From positions 30,001 through 62,000 of the forward strand of contig ACYB01000022.1 in NCBI GenBank assembly GCA_000175855.1: a stretch of DNA of 32,000 bases, read 5' to 3'. A model generated the notes under the pieces. It was not told the origin of the DNA. It searched no databases and saw only the letters and a list, made by a program, of their open reading frames with translations. This stretch comes from Raphidiopsis brookii D9. GTDB taxonomy: Bacteria; Cyanobacteriota; Cyanobacteriia; Cyanobacteriales; Nostocaceae. Positions 22,330 through 32,000 of this stretch are shown piece after piece. Position numbers and translations under genes: made by a program. How positions within the stretch are numbered: position 1 is the first letter of the stretch; every line of letters starts with the position of its first letter.

Positions 22330-23834
22330 TTTGATCTGTACGCATCAGACTGCTTTTGCATCATGGCTAATTCTTCAGGAGGAATTCGATCTAACTGTGA
22401 TAGGATTAAGTTTAATCGCCCTTGAGACTGGAGTTTTTCTCGGTGACGGGCTAAAAAATCCCAATAAAGGAAGTTAAAGGGACATGCACCCTCACCAGTT
22501 CTAGCTTTGGGATTGTAGACACACCCGCTACAATAATTGCTCATTTTATTAATGTAGTTTGCTGAGGCGGCATAGGGCTTAGACGCTAATAATCCCCCAT
22601 CAGCAAACAAACCCATACCTATGACGTTAGTTTGCATAACCCAGTCGTAGGCATCAATAAAAACAGCATGAAACCAGTCCACTACAGACTGAGGTGAAGT
22701 TCCTAGAACTAGATTAAAATTGCTTAATAGCATTAACCTTTGGATGTGATGTGCATAACCAGTGCGATGTATTTGCTCTAGAGTCTGATGCAGACAGTTT
22801 AAATCTGTTATTCCTGTCCAAAACCAATGGGGTAGAGGTTGATTGTGATCAAACCAGTTACGCTGAGTATAGTTGAGGTCTCTTTTGCTTTCATACATAT
22901 ATACTCCCCGCATGTACTCACGCCAGCCTAAAATTTGTCGGATGAACCCCTCCACACTATTGAGATTTAGCTGGTGTTTGTTGTATTCTTCTTGGACAGC
23001 TTGAATTACTTCCATGGGGTGAAGTAAACCCAGGTTCAGATAAGGGGATAGGAGAGAGTGCCATAGGGTGTCTTCTCCCGTTACCATAGCATCTTGGTAA
23101 GGTCCAAAATCTGGTAGATGGGTTTCCAGGAAGTGGGATAAAACCCTGCGGGACTGGGATCGGGTCACTGCCCATTTAAAAGTGTCCACCTCCCCATAGC
23201 CATGGGGAAAGTGGTTGCGCACATGGGTAATTACCTCTTGGGTGGTAGGATCAGGAGGGAACCAAAGAGCAGAGGGAGATGCTAGGCTCTTCTTGGGTGG
23301 TTTGCGATTCTGTTTATCTAAGTTCCATTGCCCACCAACAGGTTTTCCCTCTTTCATTAGTACATTAAACCGCTTGCGCCCTTCCCGGTAAAAGTCTTCC
23401 AAAAGTAATCGTTTCCGTCCCCGGGCCCATTGGGTAAATTCTGACTCTTTCCATAAGAATAGGTTATTGGGTAACCAGTGGATAGAACAGGTTAGGTTGA
23501 GCTGATTGATAAATTGGATGAAGGGGCGATCGCCCGGTTCCATGATCCATAGTTCAGTAATATTATGGGTTTGTTGCCAGTTAGTCAGGGCACTGGAGAA
23601 CTCAGCAGCTATCTCATAGGTAACTTGCCATCCCTGCTGACCCAGTTCCCGAGCAAAATGGCGCATTGCTGACCATACCAACACCAATTTTTGACGGTGG
23701 TAGGGACGTTCCTGAGCATAGGCCATGGATTCGATGAGAATAATCGATATCTGGTGACGTTTTATGGTCAACTCTTGTAAAGCTGGGTGGTGAAAACTGA
23801 GTTGATCTCCTAAAATCCAAATTCCAATGGTCAT
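22299..23834 (-). CDS. Cryptochrome/photolyase-family protein of the Fe-S bacterial type (FeS-BCP, PhrB/CryB-like, putative (6-4) photolyase)
   Basis: 511 aa with the N-terminus IWILGDQLS. Four Cys sit at residues 347, 435, 438 and 451 (LNC..., NYCSGCVYNPKARTGEGAC), with spacing 88 / 3 / 13. Confidence 0.85.
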   Translation of the reverse strand: MTIGIWILGDQLSFHHPALQELTIKRHQISIILIESMAYAQERPYHRQKLVLVWSAMRHFARELGQQGWQVTYEIAAEFSSALTNWQQTHNITELWIMEPGDRPFIQFINQLNLTCSIHWLPNNLFLWKESEFTQWARGRKRLLLEDFYREGRKRFNVLMKEGKPVGGQWNLDKQNRKPPKKSLASPSALWFPPDPTTQEVITHVRNHFPHGYGEVDTFKWAVTRSQSRRVLSHFLETHLPDFGPYQDAMVTGEDTLWHSLLSPYLNLGLLHPMEVIQAVQEEYNKHQLNLNSVEGFIRQILGWREYMRGVYMYESKRDLNYTQRNWFDHNQPLPHWFWTGITDLNCLHQTLEQIHRTGYAHHIQRLMLLSNFNLVLGTSPQSVVDWFHAVFIDAYDWVMQTNVIGMGLFADGGLLASKPYAASANYINKMSNYCSGCVYNPKARTGEGACPFNFLYWDFLARHREKLQSQGRLNLILSQLDRIPPEELAMMQKQSDAYRSNYLSLPNVVI

Positions 23835-23896
23835 TTTTCAACCTGCTTTCATAAATTATGAATTTATCTCCCCGCAGAATTGCTGAACAACTTTTT

Positions 23897-25210
23897 CTAA
23901 TCCAACGGAATGAGCAGCTTTAAATAATAGGCGATCGCCTGGTTGTACGTAGGTTTTAATAGGGAAACCAAATCACTATGGTTATGACAACGTTCGCAGG
24001 GTATCCCCTGAGCACTAGTAGCAATTATTTCTGCATCTGGACCATCAACTAAAACTAATAGACCATCCAGGTTCAATTTTCTCACTGTTTCTCCCACTTG
24101 TTGATGCAGTTTAGCAGATCTTTCCCCCAATTCTTTCATAGCACCCAAAACGGCGATTTTTCTCCTTCCAGGAGTTTGTGCTAATAGTTCTAAAGCTGCT
24201 AACATTGCTTCCGGTGCAGCATTATAGGTTTCATCTAAAATCATAATGTCCTTGGGCAACTTCCAACTTTGCGATCGCCCTTGTGGCATAGTCACGTTTA
24301 TTCCAGCTTCTAACAGTTTCCAATCCACATCTAATACTTTAGCCACTGCTAGTGCTGCTAAAAAATTACTCCCATTATGAACTCCAGTTAGGGGTAGGGG
24401 TAAAGTCATTCCCCCTACTTCTATCTTTTGATAATCCACTAACTTCCCTTGAATATCCCCCCCAGAAAACCCATAACTAATTACTTCCCCTGACCACACC
24501 TGCTTAGCAGTAGTCATTAATAGGGGATTGTCATAATTAAGAACTGCCACACTGTCATTAGGCATTTCCGCCAATAGCTCACATTTAGCTTCAGCGATCG
24601 CCTGTTCCGAACCTAGTAATTCAATATGTGCTGTTCCCACATTAGTAATTACACCTATATTCGGTTTAGCGATATGGGTTAGTTCTCCAATTTGCCCTCT
24701 CCCTCGCATAGCCATTTCTATCACAGCAAAATCATCCCCCTCAGATAATTCCAACAAGGTTTTAGGAACACCAATTTCATTATTGAAATTTCCATAGGTT
24801 TTGTGAACTTTTCCCCTTGTCCCCAATACGGACGCAATTAACTCCTTGGTTGTGGTTTTACCCACTGACCCGGTCACTCCAATTACAGGGATCCCAAACT
24901 GACCTCTCCACCATTTAGCCAATTCCTGGTATGCATTTAGAGTATTTGATACTTTTATTACAGGTAAATTAGGATAATCGTAAGTATAATCTACAATAGC
25001 AGCAACAGCACCTCGAGCGATCGCCATTTCGACAAACTGGTGTCCATCAAATTTTTCACCTCCTAGGGCTAGAAAAATTTCACCCGGTTGCAACACCCTG
25101 GTATCTGTTTGAATACCCACAATAACTTGAGAAAGGCTGGATGAAGGTATATTGAGGAGAGAAGCTGAGAGAACAGCAGCTAATTGGGACAAAGTGGCCG
25201 TAACAGTCAT
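23897..25210 (-). CDS. murF: UDP-N-acetylmuramoyl-tripeptide--D-alanyl-D-alanine ligase. The 3' end is apparently frameshifted, and the conserved C-terminus continues in another frame to a stop at 23856.
   Basis: The Mur ligase P-loop GVTGSVGKTTTKE and central and C-terminal domains are present. The last ~22 aa of the track ORF (PTYNQAIAYYLKLLIPLD) are atypical. The alternative frame reads TYVQPGDRLLFKAAHSVGLEKVVQQF..., which is the expected MurF terminus. Confidence 0.93.
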   Translation of the reverse strand: MTVTATLSQLAAVLSASLLNIPSSSLSQVIVGIQTDTRVLQPGEIFLALGGEKFDGHQFVEMAIARGAVAAIVDYTYDYPNLPVIKVSNTLNAYQELAKWWRGQFGIPVIGVTGSVGKTTTKELIASVLGTRGKVHKTYGNFNNEIGVPKTLLELSEGDDFAVIEMAMRGRGQIGELTHIAKPNIGVITNVGTAHIELLGSEQAIAEAKCELLAEMPNDSVAVLNYDNPLLMTTAKQVWSGEVISYGFSGGDIQGKLVDYQKIEVGGMTLPLPLTGVHNGSNFLAALAVAKVLDVDWKLLEAGINVTMPQGRSQSWKLPKDIMILDETYNAAPEAMLAALELLAQTPGRRKIAVLGAMKELGERSAKLHQQVGETVRKLNLDGLLVLVDGPDAEIIATSAQGIPCERCHNHSDLVSLLKPTYNQAIAYYLKLLIPLD

Positions 25211-25293
25211 AGGGAATAGGGGTATAACCAGCAGTTAATCCCCCTTATCATACAATATTATAGATCTAGCTAGGATTTGGTATTGAGCTAAAT

Positions 25294-25431
25294 TTAATGT
25301 TCTACTGTCTTCTCGATGGTCTCAATCAGTGCCAACCCTATACTAGAGAGCAGAATTAAAGCAATTACCGAAAGTAAATAGGCATTAGTTAACATATATA
25401 GGGCCCTATCGAAGAAAATATAGGTGGTCAT
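25294..25431 (-). CDS. Possible small membrane protein (45 aa), unrecognised
   Basis: Hand-found ORF below the track threshold: MTTYIFFDRALYMLTNAYLLSVIALILLSSIGLALIETIEKTVEH. It has one hydrophobic helix, GAAGG lies about 11 nt upstream, and it sits between the HDAC-family gene and murF on the same strand. Confidence 0.25.
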   Translation of the reverse strand: MTTYIFFDRALYMLTNAYLLSVIALILLSSIGLALIETIEKTVEH

Positions 25432-25667
25432 GGGTTAACCTTCAGAAACATTATGGGATTACTTGTGCCATGTAGTGCTACTTATGGATTCACACTCTGG
25501 TAGCCAAATTTTGCTAATAAAGTTTCCCAGTAATCATATCTTAACAAAACTTTAGCTAATTACCTCTTTTGTGAAGAAATTTATCTTTTTTTGCCAAAAT
25601 TTCTCCGTCTCTGAAGTCATAGCTTACATTTGTATCCATACATTAGATTTTCAATCGGCGTAGTAAC

Positions 25668-26576
25668 TCATAGACAAGCAGCAATAGTAGCTCTAACTGA
25701 TTTAGACAAGGATTCCAAATCATAACCACCTTCTAAACCAAAGAGAATTTTTCGGGTAACGCCCAGGCAATACTGAGTAAATAAACCAAAATCTTCCGGT
25801 TGCAACCGGACACTGGCGAGGGGATCATTTTCTAGTGCGTCATAACCAGCACTGATAATTAATATATCTGGGTTAAAACTTTTTAAAAACGGTAGGATTT
25901 GAGATTTCCATAGGGGTTGATAATCATTAATATCACTACCGGGTGCTAAGGGTAAATTTAAAACATTTTGATGGAAGCCATTTTCCGTAGCTTTTCCTGT
26001 TCCTGGATAAGCAGGATACTGATGTAGAGAACAATAGGCAATTTCCCGATAGCCCTCCACTATGGATTGGGTACCATTACCATGATGTACATCCCAGTCT
26101 AAAATGGCAACTCGATTAATTCCTGGTTGTTTTAAAGCATACAAAGCAGAAATAGCAGCATTAGAAAATAAACAGAATCCCATACCCACACTACTTTCAG
26201 CGTGGTGTCCCGGTGGACGTGCCAGGACAAAAGCGGGGTTTTTCTCAATCAATACCTGATTTATCCCATCTAACCAGGCGCTGACGGCTAATAAAGCTAC
26301 ATCATAACTACGGGGAGAAATGGGAGTATCTCCATCCAAATAGCCTCTTTGACCAGCCATCTGTGCCAGTTTATGAATATAATTCCGACTATGGGCCATT
26401 TCTATCCAAGACATTAACTGGGGATTAACCGGGGTGGGAGATAACCACTGGATTTTTTGGGCAAATTCTGCTGTTTTCAAAGATTGGACAATTGCTGTTA
26501 ACCTTTCTGGTCTTTCTGGGTGATAGCTCCCAGTTTGATGGTCTAAAAATTCTGGAGAATAGATGACTGGTAACAT
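25668..26576 (-). CDS. Histone deacetylase-family (arginase/deacetylase fold) protein, AcuC / acetylpolyamine amidohydrolase-like
   Basis: 302 aa with RPPGHHA, the metal/charge-relay region LDWDVHHGNGTQ, SAGYDA and LEGGY. Confidence 0.85.
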   Translation of the reverse strand: MLPVIYSPEFLDHQTGSYHPERPERLTAIVQSLKTAEFAQKIQWLSPTPVNPQLMSWIEMAHSRNYIHKLAQMAGQRGYLDGDTPISPRSYDVALLAVSAWLDGINQVLIEKNPAFVLARPPGHHAESSVGMGFCLFSNAAISALYALKQPGINRVAILDWDVHHGNGTQSIVEGYREIAYCSLHQYPAYPGTGKATENGFHQNVLNLPLAPGSDINDYQPLWKSQILPFLKSFNPDILIISAGYDALENDPLASVRLQPEDFGLFTQYCLGVTRKILFGLEGGYDLESLSKSVRATIAACL

Positions 26577-27062
26577 GGACGGGGAAAGAAAAATACTCAG
26601 GTTCTATTATCTAAGATTAACTTACCTAGCATGTTTTTACTAAAATCTAGTATGTTCACCCTCCAAATTCTATACTGAGGGAGGGAACCATCTGTTTAAC
26701 TGAGATTTTTCCTGCCATTAAAACTCAATTAAAACTAAATTTCCTATACAACAACATTCTAATCAATTAGAAACTCTGCATTCCGGAATTATAGGGTTGA
26801 AATTAACCAAAAATAAACATAGGTTTTTCCGGATCTATCGGATGTTATGTTCGCCCTTAACTATTCTCTATTGTCTATTATTACCTCTTGATGATGTTTA
26901 GTGATACAATATCTGTGTTTAGCCATTTTGACCACAAGTTTTAGCAAGAATGTGTTAAAATCATAGCTAAAACATGACAACTTTTCAAAATTAGTTGGAA
27001 ATAATTTTGCATTTTGTCAACTAACCAGGTTAAAATGTAGGATTTTTGGAGTTTTAAAGTCT

Positions 27063-29630
27063 ATGACAACCTCACAGGAGAGGATTATCCCGACCGATTT
27101 ACGACAAGAGATGTCACAATCTTACCTAGAATACGCTATGAGCGTCATTGTCGGTCGGGCGCTACCAGACGCTAGAGATGGTCTTAAACCTGTACACCGC
27201 CGCATCCTCTATGCTATGCACGAACTGGGTTTATTACATGATCGCCCCTTTAGAAAGTGCGCTCGTGTGGTGGGGGAAGTACTGGGTAAATATCACCCCC
27301 ATGGTGACACCGCTGTATATGATGCTCTGGTGCGAATGGCACAGGATTTTTCCATGCGATCGCCTCTGATTAATGGTCATGGTAACTTTGGATCAATTGA
27401 CAATGATCCACCAGCAGCGATGCGATATACGGAATGTCGTCTTCAAGCTTTAACCAGTTCGTCTCTGTTACAAGATATTGAGTCAGAAACTGTTGATTTT
27501 ATTGATAACTTCGATGGTTCCCAACAAGAACCAACGGTTTTACCTTCCCGAATTCCCCAGTTACTGCTCAATGGTTCCTCGGGAATTGCTGTGGGAATGG
27601 CGACTAATATTCCTCCCCATAATTTGGGAGAACTGATAGATGGATTGGTAGCACTGATTCATAATCCAGAAATAACAGATACTCAGTTAATGCAGTATGT
27701 TCACGGTCCCGACTTTCCCACAGGGGCGCAAATTCTAGGAACATCAGCCATTAAGGAAGCTTACACCACCGGTAGAGGATCAATTACTATGCGGGGTGTG
27801 GCTACAATTGAAACCATTCAGCAACGTAACCGACCGGAAAGAGAAGCAATCATTATTACTGAATTACCCTACCAAACTAATAAAGCAGCATTAATTGAAA
27901 AAATCGCTGAGTTGGTTAATGATAAGAAAATTGACGGAATTGCGGATATTCGAGATGAGAGCGATCGCGATGGTATGCGCATTGTTATTGAACTAAAACG
28001 CGACTCCTATCCCCGTGTAGTATTAAATAACCTTTATAAACAAACTCCGTTGCAAACCAATTTTGGTGCCAATATGTTGGCTTTGGTAAATGGAGAACCT
28101 CAAATACTAACTCTCAAGAATTTTCTCACAGTCTTTCTGGATTTTCGCATAGAAACAATTAATAGGCGTACTCGTTACCAACTCAGAAAGGCTGAGGAAA
28201 GAGACCATTTATTACAGGGTTTATTAATTGCGCTTGCCCATTTAGATTCAATTATTAATCTAATTAGAAATGCTCCAGATGCGCCCACTGCTAAAGGAGA
28301 ATTAATTAATAGCTATGGTCTATCAGAGGTTCAAGCAGATGCGATACTACAGATGCAGTTACGAAGATTAACAGCTTTAGAAGCAGATAAAATTCGCCTG
28401 GAACACGAAGAATTGCAGTTACAAATTACTGACCTGCGGGATATTTTGGACAGACGAGAAAGAGTACTAGAAATTATCGAGACTGAAGCTGGGCAAATTA
28501 AAACCCAGTTTACTACACCCAGACGCACAACTATTACCCATGCAGAAGGGGAAATAGATGATATTGATCTAATTGCCAATGAAAAGGTTCTAATTCTGCT
28601 GACGCAGCAAGGTTACATCAAGCGGATGCCAGTTAGTACCTTTGAATCGCAAAATCGAGCTACTAGAGGTAAAGCGGGAGCTAAAGTTAAGGAAGATGAT
28701 ACTATTGAGCATTTCCTAACTTGCTGTGATCATGATAGTGTTTTATTCTTTAGTGATAGGGGTGTGGTGTATAGTCTCAAAGCCTATCAAATACCAGAGG
28801 GTTCACGCACTAGCAGGGGTACACCCATTGTTCAGATGTTACCTATACCCAAGGAAGAGAAAATTACTTCCATTGTATCTGTAAGCGAATTTAGCAGTGA
28901 AGAATATTTAGTTATGTTGACCAAGGGGGGTAACATCAAAAAAACGGCCTTGGAAGCATTCAGCAATATTCGCGCCAATGGATTAATAGCTATATCCCTA
29001 GAAGAAGGAGATCAACTACGATGGGTAAGACGAGCTAAACCGGAAGATAGTGTGATGATTGGTTCAAGACAGGGAATGGCCATTCACTTCCGCTGTGACA
29101 ATGATCAAATGCGTCCGCTAGGTAGAGCTACCCGTGGAGTTAAATCCATGAAACTGAAAACGGGAGATGAATTGATTGGCATGGATATATTGCCTGCTGC
29201 AATTCTTAACACCCTAAATACGGAAATGGAAGAAGAACTCACAGAAGTTGAGGAAACCAGCGACAATATTGAAGAAACCTCTAATATCTTAGGTCCATGG
29301 GTACTAATTATTACCATAGGAGGTTATGGTAAGCGAGTGCCAGTGGGACAATTTAGACTTCAGAACCGAGCAGGTCAGGGACTTACAGCGACGAAATTCA
29401 AAAACCGCAAAACCAAAGACCAACTAGCAACTTTGCGTATAGTTAACCCTGACGAAGAAATCATGATGGCCACCAATCGTGGTATAATCATTCGTCAGTC
29501 AATAAATGCCATTTCTATCCAGTCCCGCACAGCTACAGGTGTGAGAGTGCAAAAACTAGATGAAGATGACGCAATTACTGGAGTAGCAGTGGTTCCCCCC
29601 GATGCTGGAGATGGTGAAGAGTCCGAGTAA
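27063..29630 (+). CDS. gyrA: DNA gyrase subunit A
   Basis: 855 aa with the [16 protein letters not shown] start, the active-site AAMRYTE tyrosine, a GyrA-box-like [10 protein letters not shown] and a C-terminal beta-pinwheel domain. Confidence 0.97.
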   Translation: MTTSQERIIPTDLRQEMSQSYLEYAMSVIVGRALPDARDGLKPVHRRILYAMHELGLLHDRPFRKCARVVGEVLGKYHPHGDTAVYDALVRMAQDFSMRSPLINGHGNFGSIDNDPPAAMRYTECRLQALTSSSLLQDIESETVDFIDNFDGSQQEPTVLPSRIPQLLLNGSSGIAVGMATNIPPHNLGELIDGLVALIHNPEITDTQLMQYVHGPDFPTGAQILGTSAIKEAYTTGRGSITMRGVATIETIQQRNRPEREAIIITELPYQTNKAALIEKIAELVNDKKIDGIADIRDESDRDGMRIVIELKRDSYPRVVLNNLYKQTPLQTNFGANMLALVNGEPQILTLKNFLTVFLDFRIETINRRTRYQLRKAEERDHLLQGLLIALAHLDSIINLIRNAPDAPTAKGELINSYGLSEVQADAILQMQLRRLTALEADKIRLEHEELQLQITDLRDILDRRERVLEIIETEAGQIKTQFTTPRRTTITHAEGEIDDIDLIANEKVLILLTQQGYIKRMPVSTFESQNRATRGKAGAKVKEDDTIEHFLTCCDHDSVLFFSDRGVVYSLKAYQIPEGSRTSRGTPIVQMLPIPKEEKITSIVSVSEFSSEEYLVMLTKGGNIKKTALEAFSNIRANGLIAISLEEGDQLRWVRRAKPEDSVMIGSRQGMAIHFRCDNDQMRPLGRATRGVKSMKLKTGDELIGMDILPAAILNTLNTEMEEELTEVEETSDNIEETSNILGPWVLIITIGGYGKRVPVGQFRLQNRAGQGLTATKFKNRKTKDQLATLRIVNPDEEIMMATNRGIIIRQSINAISIQSRTATGVRVQKLDEDDAITGVAVVPPDAGDGEESE

Positions 29631-31236
29631 ACAAATACAAGAAAAGTTACAACCTATACTTTTCTATATAGTACCTTTAAGTAGTGGCATTTTGATGGGA
29701 GTCACTGTTGCTCCTATCAATGCTTGGTTTTTAGCCTGGATCACCCTGGCTCCATTATGGGTAATCGTGGTAAAATATACTCGAAAATCCCTCCTTTCAG
29801 CTTGCTGGTGGGCGATCGCCTATCATGGAATGGCTTTATCATGGATTACAGGTATTCACCCCATGAATTGGCTAAATGTTCCCTGGTGGCCAAGTTTATT
29901 AATTACCATCTTTTGCTGGTCATTTATTACCTTGTGGGGAGCATTATTAGTTGGACTATGGGCATTTTTGATGGTTAGGTTAAATCCTCAAAAACCCTGG
30001 TTACGAGTTTTAATCGGTACAGCTTTGTGGTGCGGATTAGAAAGTTGGTGGAGTACAGGTTCCCTATGGTGGAGTTCTTTATCTTACACACAGTCACCGT
30101 ACAATTTAGCACTTTTGCATTTGGGGCAACTTTCCGGTCCTAATACTATTACAGCAGTAATTGTAGCTGTTAATGGACTAATAGGTGAAGCATGGATATG
30201 GCAAAATCAGAAAAAACGAGAAGTAATCAGTACAGGCAAACAGTTAAAGGGAGTTACTAGGTTTAATAAAGTAGTAATAGGGGTGATTAATAGATATTCT
30301 ATTTCAGGACTTGTTTTATTAATTGTCTCCCATATTTTAGGATCAATTCTATATTTCCAGCCATATTCTCAACCACTGAATAATCGGCAAAATTCGGGTT
30401 TAAAAATAGGGATTATTCAGGGTAACATTCCCAATGAAATCAAATTGCTTCCCCTAGGATTTACCAGAGCAATTACAGGTTATACTAATGGTTATATCAA
30501 CCTAGCAAATCAAGGAGTAGACGGAGTATTAACCCCTGAAGGTGCTTTACCATTATACGATAAGAATTTGTCTAATACACCTCTGTTGGATGCAGTTAAA
30601 CAAAAAGGAGTGGTGGTTTGGATAGGGGGTTTTGGAAGAACTGGAACCAGCTACACCAACAGTTTATTTAATATCAATAGTCAGGGACAAATTACCAGTA
30701 GATATGATAAATCTAAACTAGTTCCCTTGGGTGAATTTGTACCTTTTGCCGAGATTTTTGGCAATTTAGTCAAGAGACTATCACCTCTGGATGAACACCA
30801 AATACATGGCGCTAAACAACAAGTTTTTGATACTCCATTAGGTAGAGCAATTGTTGGCATTTGTTACGAATCTGCTTTTACAGAAATATTTAGATACCAA
30901 GCTAAGAATGGGGGAGAATTCATTTTAAGTTCATCCAATGATGCTCATTACACAGCAGCAATGGCGGATCAACACCATGCCCAAGATATAATGAGAGCAA
31001 TTGAAACAGATAGGTGGGCAGTTAGGTCTACCAACACAGGTTATTCAGCCTTTGTGGACCCCCATGGTAGAACCTTATGGAAGTCGGGATATAATGTTTA
31101 TGAAACTCATGCAGAAACTATTTATCCACTTCAAACCCAAACCTTGTATGTGCGATTCGGTGACTGGATTATGCCCTTACTACTAGTGTTAGCAGCACTG
31201 GGACTTATATATAAGTCCTTAGTTCAAATTTTATAA
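29602..31236 (+). CDS. lnt: Apolipoprotein N-acyltransferase
   Basis: 544 aa with a polytopic N-terminus and a C-terminal CN-hydrolase domain carrying the E/K/C triad contexts ([30 protein letters not shown]). ATG at 29602 overlaps the gyrA 3' end by 29 nt, and ATG at 29611 is an alternative start. Confidence 0.85.
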   Translation: MLEMVKSPSKQIQEKLQPILFYIVPLSSGILMGVTVAPINAWFLAWITLAPLWVIVVKYTRKSLLSACWWAIAYHGMALSWITGIHPMNWLNVPWWPSLLITIFCWSFITLWGALLVGLWAFLMVRLNPQKPWLRVLIGTALWCGLESWWSTGSLWWSSLSYTQSPYNLALLHLGQLSGPNTITAVIVAVNGLIGEAWIWQNQKKREVISTGKQLKGVTRFNKVVIGVINRYSISGLVLLIVSHILGSILYFQPYSQPLNNRQNSGLKIGIIQGNIPNEIKLLPLGFTRAITGYTNGYINLANQGVDGVLTPEGALPLYDKNLSNTPLLDAVKQKGVVVWIGGFGRTGTSYTNSLFNINSQGQITSRYDKSKLVPLGEFVPFAEIFGNLVKRLSPLDEHQIHGAKQQVFDTPLGRAIVGICYESAFTEIFRYQAKNGGEFILSSSNDAHYTAAMADQHHAQDIMRAIETDRWAVRSTNTGYSAFVDPHGRTLWKSGYNVYETHAETIYPLQTQTLYVRFGDWIMPLLLVLAALGLIYKSLVQIL

Positions 31237-31261
31237 TAGTGTTGTAATTACGCTTTGCATA

Positions 31262-31999
31262 CTAACTACTTAAAGCCTTAATAAATCTTTGTAAGCTTTT
31301 AAACACACTGGTTCTTTTGCTTGTTACAATCCCGGTTTCCGGTTGTCCCTTGATTAAAATTGAGTCTATCTCATCTCCAGAAGGTTTTTGAGGTAGTTCG
31401 GCAATTTTTCGGTACTCACCATCGGTTTCTAACCATATTTCCCAGTTTCCGGGATAGGAACGCATGAGGGCGCTTTGTTCATCAATAGGACGTAGATAAT
31501 AGCAAGATTCAATGGTACTAATAAAACGCCTGCGGGTTTCCCGTGCAGCATAACCAATACCCACCACACTAGAGTCTTCCAACCGGGGATTTAACATCAC
31601 AAAAGGACGTTCACCAATGATTTGACAGAGTTTTTCCAATTGAGCTACTTCCACCGAGGTGGGAGCTATGAACAGGAAAATCTCATCCTCTGGTTGAATT
31701 TTTGATTCTGAAGAAGCAGCTCTTCCCGTACCGATATCCATAATTTTGAAGGGTATATCACCCCAATCTCGACGAGCTAAAGCAGCAGCACCCGCATCAG
31801 CAAAAAAGACCTTGAGACCAGATTCATATTCGGTAAATAGGGGGAGAAATTGTTCAGCGACTGGCATAAATTGCAGTTCTGGGAAAAGCAACTCTACCTG
31901 TATTCGCGTTTTACCATCAGACAAAGCCGATTTTGCCGCTGCACGGGATTGGGCAATTGCTTCTTCTAGGGTTTTGGGTAGTTCAGTCAAGGTAGCCAT
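31262..31999 (-). CDS. DUF1995-like protein (cyanobacterial/plastid lineage, LPA3-related family)
   Basis: 245-aa ORF. The N-terminal pattern LPKTLEEAIAQSRAAAKSALSDGKTRIQVELLFPEL matches my memory of DUF1995. The family assignment is not verified. Confidence 0.6.
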   Translation of the reverse strand: MATLTELPKTLEEAIAQSRAAAKSALSDGKTRIQVELLFPELQFMPVAEQFLPLFTEYESGLKVFFADAGAAALARRDWGDIPFKIMDIGTGRAASSESKIQPEDEIFLFIAPTSVEVAQLEKLCQIIGERPFVMLNPRLEDSSVVGIGYAARETRRRFISTIESCYYLRPIDEQSALMRSYPGNWEIWLETDGEYRKIAELPQKPSGDEIDSILIKGQPETGIVTSKRTSVFKSLQRFIKALSS

Positions 32000-32000
32000 G

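Noticed and set aside
23851-23867. AT-only palindrome ATAAATT-ATG-AATTTAT between murF and the photolyase gene.
   Set aside because: Seven A/T pairs in an AT-rich spacer is close to chance expectation, and no supporting context exists.
26718-26739. Tandem 11-mers TTAAAACTCAA / TTAAAACTAAA, plus the 10-nt palindrome ATTCCGGAAT (26780..26789), in the 486-bp HDAC-gyrA spacer.
   Set aside because: They are short and occur only once in a low-complexity AT-rich divergent promoter region. I cannot tell a regulatory site from chance. I also found no fold resembling a known riboswitch or cyanobacterial sRNA.

Overview
This is a chromosomal window from a cyanobacterium. It has 13 copies of the HIP1 octamer GCGATCGC, an rrn operon with tRNA-Ile and tRNA-Ala in the ITS, and Nostocales-like gene content. 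I cannot assign a species without a search. Most of the window is housekeeping. On the minus strand: ftsH, a frameshifted DUF1614 membrane gene, a lumenal cyclophilin, a GerMN gene, tRNA-Ser(CGA) plus proS, comEC, glyQ, an FeS-type photolyase, murF, an HDAC-family gene and a DUF1995 gene. On the plus strand: an AI-2E transporter, efp-accB, a complete 16S / tRNA-Ile / tRNA-Ala / 23S / 5S operon, a tandem SagB-like nitroreductase, gyrA and lnt. I saw no CRISPR array, transposase or integrase. The only accessory-looking locus is the left edge (1..2700), a lower-GC two-gene minus-strand module that starts 24 nt after a 34-nt near-perfect palindrome downstream of ftsH. It encodes a 157-aa protein with a HEPN-like helical pattern and a protein of more than 716 aa that is missing from the ORF track because it runs off the window. 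That large protein fuses a ParA/MinD-like domain with a variant KGGVGRT Walker A to a second canonical P-loop domain. This is my best candidate for an uncharacterised conflict or defence-type system, but it is truncated and the functional reading is inference. Separately, three loci each look exactly one base short inside a homopolymer run: DUF1614, the murF 3' end, and the tRNA-Ser T-stem/acceptor C-run. That pattern points to sequencing undercalls rather than biology. Smaller oddities are an 8-aa insertion in EF-P generated by a tandem 12-nt repeat, a ComEC metallo-beta-lactamase domain lacking the HxHxDH motif, and an orphan SagB-like gene.
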